Of a stretch of 64,000 nt of DNA, positions 56,732 to 64,000 are shown in pieces; the stretch's first letter is position 1; each line of letters starts with the position of its first letter. Both the position numbers and the translations under genes were made by a program. Source of the stretch: an uncultured Chloroflexia bacterium. GTDB lineage: Bacteria; Chloroflexota; Anaerolineae; CG2-30-64-16. The stretch is taken from the NCBI GenBank assembly GCA_963810095.1, contig CAWEMM010000007.1:96001-160000 (forward strand), written 5' to 3'. Under the pieces are notes generated by a model. It had not been told where the DNA came from. It was given only the letters and a program-made list of their open reading frames with translations, and did not search any database.

Positions 56732-58529
56732 TTAGTTCTCGTTCTCGCTGCGCCAGCTTCTCGGCGTCGGCGACCATGCTTTCCAGGATGCTGAGACCGC
56801 CGTGCCAGAAGCCCGGGTCCTGCAGGTTCACGCCCAGGGGCGCGACGATCGCGTGCGGCCAGTCGGACCCACCGCGTGACAGCATTTCGAGGTAGGCATC
56901 GGCGAACCCTGCACCCACCTCCTTGTAGCGGGCGTACAGCGCCAACACGAGCAGCTCGCCAAATGCGTACGCGTAGACGTATCCGGGCGACCCGATAAAG
57001 TGCGGGATGTAGCTCCACCACAGCCCGTAATTCTCGGTCAGGGTGACGCTCTCGCCGAACATGGCCCGCTGTGTCTCCAGCCACAACTCGGAAAGTCGCT
57101 CGGCCGGCAGCTCGCCTTCTGCGCGGCGCGCCGTGTGGATCGCGTTCTCGAACCGGTTCATGCTGATCTGGCGGAAGGCGGTGGCGAACGAGTCTTCAAT
57201 CTTCTGCGTCAGCATGCCGAGCCGCACTTGCGGGCTCGACTCTTGCGCCATCATGGACTGAAACACCAGCATTTCGCCGAACACCGATGCGGTCTCCGCC
57301 GTGGTCAGCGGCGTATCAGCCTGCAGCACGCCCTGCACGCCCGCGAGCTTCTGGTGCACCCCGTGGCCGAGCTCGTGCGCCAGCGTCATTACGTCCCGCG
57401 GCTTGGCGTCGTAGTTCAGCAGCACGTACGGGTGGACCGAGGGCACTGTCGACGTGGCTGAAGGCGCCGCCATACTTGCCCGGGCCGGGGCGGCGCGTCG
57501 ATCCACCGCCGTTCGAAGAACCAGCCGGCGACCTCGGCCATGCGGGGATGGAACCGGCCGTACGCGTCGAGGACGATGCGCTTCGCCTCTTCCCACGTGT
57601 ACCGGTGGTCGGCTGCGGGCAAGGGCGCGTAGCGGTCGTAGTCAAACAGCTCGTCCAGCCCCAACAGTTGGCGCTTGAGCCGGTAGTAGCGCGCCACAAT
57701 GTCGTAGCGCGAGGTCACGGCATCGACCAACGCTTGCACGGTGGCGTCGTCGACCTCGTTTGCCATGTTGCGGCTGCTGATCCACGTCGGGTAGCGACGA
57801 AGCCGGTCGTCGGACGCCTTGTCGGCCAGGATCGTGTTGAAGATATAGGTGGAGCCCCGCTTCAGTCCTTGCAGCCCGCGGGTAAAGTTGCCGGCCGCCC
57901 GGCGCCGCAGCTCGCGGTCGGGCGCATACAGGTTGCTCAGAATCTGGTCGCGGCTCATTTCCTGCCCGTCCAGCTCGTAGCGCGCGGCCGACTGGGACTC
58001 GTCAAAGAAGCGTTCCCAGGCGTTGCGGCCCGTCACCGACTTCTCGGCCAGGATCTTTTCTTCCGGTTCGGTCAGCAGGTGCTTGCGATACAGGCGGACG
58101 ACTTCGAGCCAATGACGAAAGCGGGCGAGCTCGGGCGCGGCGTACCACCGGCTTGCAGCCTCGTCTGGCGCATGGGCCAGCTCCAGCTCGAGCCACACCA
58201 GCTTCTGCCCCAGCCGCGAGCCGCGCTCGGTCACCATCTGCATGCAGCGCGCCGCGCTGCGGGTCTTCGGTGTTTTGCGTCCAGTTCAACTGGGCGAACG
58301 ATCCGGCCCGACCCGCGCGCTCGCGGAGCGTCTCGAAGCGCCCCAGGAGTTCGGCAATCTCCGCAGTGGACAGGCCGGCGAGGCGGCCGCGGTACTGTGC
58401 GTCAAGCGCGTCGGCCTCCGCGTCGGCCGCATCGAGGTCGGCAATCAAGCGCGGGTCGTCCATGCCTCCGTAGAGGTCCGACAGGTCCCAGCTCGCCTCT
58501 TCGGCGCCGGTAAGAGTTGGTGTGGTCAT
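56732..58529 (-). CDS. M3-family oligoendopeptidase (second PepF-like paralog); several frameshifts
   Basis: WDLSDLY, GKYGGAF, HPYVLLNY, TLAHELGHGVH, AETASVFGE, YVYAYAFG spread over ORFs 58002-58529, 57416-58243 and 56682-57596. Confidence 0.9.
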
Positions 58530-58618
58530 ATTTCTGGTTTGCTCCCAATCAGACAGCTAGCTATTCTAGAATGCTCCGGCCGGTCGGATAGACTGTAAGT
58601 GCTGCGTCGACTCATAGC

Positions 58619-58742
58619 AAAACCAGGTTTCCGCCAGAAACCTGGTTTTTGGCCACGCTGCTCGAATAGTAGGTGCGACATGTGTTTCTTGTCTGTATCC
58701 AGGTAAGCATTCAGAAACCAGGTTTCTGCCAGAAACCTGGTT
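58619..58742. repeat. Two family A palindromic repeats
   Basis: AAACCAGGTTTC(C/T)GCCAGAAACCTGGTT at 58619-58649 and 58713-58742. Confidence 0.85.
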
Positions 58743-58749
58743 GCCAACC

Positions 58750-60585
58750 CTATGCGCCCACAAAATCCATCTCGGGCGTCGCCAGCGCGGCCGTCCGCTC
58801 GTGCCGGAACTGCTGCGTGTACAGGCGATAGTACTTCCCATGCTGCCTTAGGAGCTCGGCGTGCGAGCCCTGCTCCACGATCCGGCCGTTCTCGATCACC
58901 ACGATGCGGGTGGCCTTCTTGATCGTCGACAGGCGGTGGGCGATGACGAAGCTCGTCCGCCCTTCCATTACCTGGTCCATCCCCTTCTGGATCAACGCCT
59001 CGGTCACCGTGTCCACCGAGCTCGTCGCCTCGTCCATGACCAGCACCTCGGGGTTTGCCAGCACTGCTCGGGCCAGGCTGATCAGCTGCTTCTGGCCCAC
59101 CGAGAGCCGGTTGCCGCCTTCGCCCACCTCGGCCTTGTACTTGCCCGTCAGCTTCGTAATGAACTCATCCGCGCCCGCGATACGCGCAGCCTCCTCCACC
59201 TCGGCATCTGTCGCGTTCAGCCGGCCGTAGCGGATGTTCTCCCGGATCGACCCCGAGAACAGGTGCGGCGTCTGCAGCACGACGCCGATGCGCGAGTGAA
59301 TGCTGTGCATGGTGAAGTCGCGGTAATCCTGGCCGTGGATCTTGATCGACCCGGCCTTGGGCTCATAGAAGCGGCAAACAAGGTTGACGATTGTCGACTT
59401 GCCGCCGCCCGTCGGACCGACCAGCGCGATCGTCTCGCCCGGCTGCACCTTCAGCGAGAAGTCCTGCAGCACCGGCTTGTCCGGTTCATAGTAGAAGTCC
59501 ACATGGTCGAACTCGATCTCGCCGCGGATCGTCGGCGTGGGTCGCGCGCCCTTCTTGTCATACACTTCCGGCTCCGCATCGACCAGCGAGAACGTGCGCT
59601 CGGCCGATGCGATGGCGTTCTGCATCTCGGAGTAGACGCGCGCCAGGTCCTGAACGGGCCACATCATGAACGTCACGTACGAGACGAAGGCCTGGAGCGA
59701 GCCGATAGTCATGCCGATCATGACGCCCGAGGTGCTGTCTGCCAGACCGGTGTACAGCACAATCGCCGCCACGGCGAACGCGCTGATGATCTGGACCACC
59801 GGCAGGAAGAGCGCCGAGAGCCACGCAGCCCGATACGAGGACTTGTACATGTCGTCGGTGAGGACCGCGAACTCGCGCAGGTTGGCATCCTCACGGCCCA
59901 GCCCCTTGACCACCCGCACGCCCGTGATGTTCTGGTTATACTCACCCGTGATCTTGGAGTTCAGCTTGCGCGCCTGGCGATACTGCACCAGGATTTTCGT
60001 CTTGAAGTAGATTGCAACGAAGATCAGGACCGGGATAACCGCCAGCACCACCAACGCCAGCCGCCAATTCAGCTTGAACATGAAGAACATGGACGAGCCG
60101 ATGCTGAAGAACGCCCAGGTCACGTCCAGCATGCCCCAGGTGACCAACTGCGCGATGCGCTCCGAGTCGGACGTGACACGCGACATGATCCAGCCGACGG
60201 GCGTCTTGCTGAAGTACGAGAACGACAGCTCCTGCAGGTGGTTAAACAGCTTCTTGCGCAGGTCGTATTGCACCCGCTCGCCCAGCGTGGCGGCCAGGTA
60301 GATGAAGATGAATACGCCAATGGCCTGGAATACCATCAAGGCCGCGTACTGGATGACGATCTCGCGGAGCGCGGCTGGATTCTGCGGTACGATCGCGACG
60401 TCGATGATCTGCTTCGACAGGTACGTGAAGACCGCATCCATCATCGCGACGACTGCGATGGTGATCAGGAATCCCGTGACCCACTTCCAGTGTGGGCGCA
60501 CCAGCCCGAGGATCCGCCGCAGCGTGCCGCCGTTGATCTTGGTATTAGAGAACTCTTCTTCTTCGAATTCGTAATTGTCTGCCAT
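58750..60585 (-). CDS. ABC exporter, fused permease/ATPase (heterodimer partner)
   Basis: TM domain, GPTGGGKST, LSVGQKQ, VMDEATS, IAHRL. Confidence 0.93.
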   Translation of the reverse strand: MADNYEFEEEEFSNTKINGGTLRRILGLVRPHWKWVTGFLITIAVVAMMDAVFTYLSKQIIDVAIVPQNPAALREIVIQYAALMVFQAIGVFIFIYLAATLGERVQYDLRKKLFNHLQELSFSYFSKTPVGWIMSRVTSDSERIAQLVTWGMLDVTWAFFSIGSSMFFMFKLNWRLALVVLAVIPVLIFVAIYFKTKILVQYRQARKLNSKITGEYNQNITGVRVVKGLGREDANLREFAVLTDDMYKSSYRAAWLSALFLPVVQIISAFAVAAIVLYTGLADSTSGVMIGMTIGSLQAFVSYVTFMMWPVQDLARVYSEMQNAIASAERTFSLVDAEPEVYDKKGARPTPTIRGEIEFDHVDFYYEPDKPVLQDFSLKVQPGETIALVGPTGGGKSTIVNLVCRFYEPKAGSIKIHGQDYRDFTMHSIHSRIGVVLQTPHLFSGSIRENIRYGRLNATDAEVEEAARIAGADEFITKLTGKYKAEVGEGGNRLSVGQKQLISLARAVLANPEVLVMDEATSSVDTVTEALIQKGMDQVMEGRTSFVIAHRLSTIKKATRIVVIENGRIVEQGSHAELLRQHGKYYRLYTQQFRHERTAALATPEMDFVGA

Positions 60586-60654
60586 CGGAACCCCCCTCAA
60601 CAGACCGGGTTTCGCTCCAACCATGTTGGAGTTGCAGAAACCTGGTTTGCCAGG

Positions 60655-62535
<1,881 letters not shown>

Positions 62536-62802
62536 CGGAACGCTCCCGGTAAATGTCGTTCGGCCGGCCGGACCCGGCCGCGAACGATGATTGTACCATA
62601 GCAGTACAGCATCAACTAACTACGCAAAGACCGCGTGCGGGTTGCACGTGCGCTCCGCCCTTCGCGCTTCGTGTGCTTCGTTACGCTTCGCGTCGTCGTG
62701 TTCCAGGCCCCCTCCGCGTTCCGGCCTCACTGCGTGACCTTGCGCCGCAAATGGTGTAAGATTCGAGCGGAACCCGCTCTGAAAGGTCACCGTCACAAGA
62801 AC

Positions 62803-63909
62803 ATGAAGCGCTTGCATCCCCTATTCCGCCTGTGCGCCGTCGCCGTGCTCGCCGCGCTCCTTCTGGGGGCATGCAGTTCGGCTGACCTCTCGGCTGCCTA
62901 CCTCCAGGCGAATCGTACGCGGCTGGCGACGCCCGCGGCGGCCGAAAACAGGCCCACGCAGTTCGTCGTCGCGCCCGGTTCCACGGCACGGTCTATTGCG
63001 CAAAACCTGGCCGATCGCGGCCTGGTCACCGACGCCCGGCTGTTCGAGGCTTTTGTTCGCGTCAACGGGCTGGCAGCTAATCTCGAAGCCGGCACGTTTC
63101 AACTCAGCCCCCATATGACGATCCCGCAGTTGGCCTACGCCCTGACCGACGCCCGGGCAGCCGAGATCGCGATTCGGGTGCGCGAGGGCTGGCGCTTCGA
63201 GCAGACGGCCGATTACCTCAGCCAGAACACGCCGCTGGACGGGCAGGAATACCGCCAACGCGCGGCCCAGGGCGTGCTGACCGGGATCGATACGAGCAGC
63301 TACGCCGAGTTCCTCGACCCGCGGCCCGCTGGTGCGACCCTTGAAGGCTACCTAGTGCCCGACACTTACCGCCTGCCGGCCGAGGGCGCGACCGTGCTGG
63401 ACCTGTTGAAGCGGCAGCTCGACTCGTTTCGGGATCAAGTGATGCCCGCCTGGCGTGAGGCCAAGGCGGCAGGCAAGACGCAGCTCACCCTGCACCAGGT
63501 CCTCACCCTGGCCAGCATCGTGGAGCGCGAGGCGGTGGTCGACGACGAGCGGCCGACGATCGCCGCGGTGTACTTGAACCGGCTGGCGCGCAACATGCGG
63601 CTGGAAGCCGATCCGACGGTGCAATACGCCATGGGGTACCAGCCCGACAGCGGCCTCTGGTGGAAGGCGCCGGTTTACCTGCAGGAATACGACAAGGTGC
63701 AGAGCCCGTACAACACTTACAAGGTCAAGGGGCTGCCGCCGGGGCCGATCGCCGCGGCGAGCCTGAAGAGCATCGAGGCCGTGCTCAACCCGGACACGCA
63801 TGACTACCTCTTCTTCATGGCAAAGGGCGATGGGAGCGGACGGCACACCTTTGCGCGCACGTTCGAGGAGCACCTGAAGAACGTGGAGGCGTACCAGAAG
63901 GGCAACTAA
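62803..63909 (+). CDS. mltG: Endolytic transglycosylase MltG
   Basis: [44 protein letters not shown]. Confidence 0.95.
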   Translation: MKRLHPLFRLCAVAVLAALLLGACSSADLSAAYLQANRTRLATPAAAENRPTQFVVAPGSTARSIAQNLADRGLVTDARLFEAFVRVNGLAANLEAGTFQLSPHMTIPQLAYALTDARAAEIAIRVREGWRFEQTADYLSQNTPLDGQEYRQRAAQGVLTGIDTSSYAEFLDPRPAGATLEGYLVPDTYRLPAEGATVLDLLKRQLDSFRDQVMPAWREAKAAGKTQLTLHQVLTLASIVEREAVVDDERPTIAAVYLNRLARNMRLEADPTVQYAMGYQPDSGLWWKAPVYLQEYDKVQSPYNTYKVKGLPPGPIAAASLKSIEAVLNPDTHDYLFFMAKGDGSGRHTFARTFEEHLKNVEAYQKGN

Positions 63910-64000
63910 CAACAGGCGTCTCAACCTGGCGTGCATTAGTGCCGCGGCGGGCTTGACACGCGCAGAGAGCGATTTGAGCCTGGTGCAAGAGTAGCGCGTC

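Noticed and set aside
2478-58529. Numerous frameshifts as programmed frameshifting, phase variation or mass pseudogenisation
   Set aside because: They hit unrelated housekeeping-type genes with otherwise intact motifs and no common slippery site; long-read indel errors are the simpler explanation.

Overview
High-GC bacterial chromosome segment. Gene content (several GT-C glycosyltransferases, YLP-motif surface proteins, two PepF, large SRP RNA) suggests Chloroflexota (Anaerolineae/Caldilineae-like); this is inference only. Many housekeeping-type genes are split by 1-bp indels, which points to uncorrected long-read errors, so split ORFs are reported as single genes. The main accessory feature is an ~11.2-kb integrated element (8652-19896) in tRNA-Ser(GGA), bounded by an 82-bp direct repeat covering almost the whole tRNA. 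It encodes a tyrosine integrase, two membrane proteins, an RHH regulator, a DnaB-N/AAA_25/wHTH replication helicase followed by an 86-bp cruciform (candidate origin), a small-terminase-like ORF with no large terminase or capsid, an ASCH protein, an ~11-repeat surface protein and a second, resolvase-type tyrosine recombinase. It looks like a PICI-like phage satellite. Outside it are two tRNA-Ser genes, a large SRP RNA, a candidate MerR-type copper operon, a PIG-L/GH4/PfkB sugar operon, a solo dnaE2, hydantoinase/oxoprolinase AB, a tyrosine phenol-lyase-like enzyme with an atypical PLP motif, four families of interspersed palindromic repeats and several apparently leaderless promoters.
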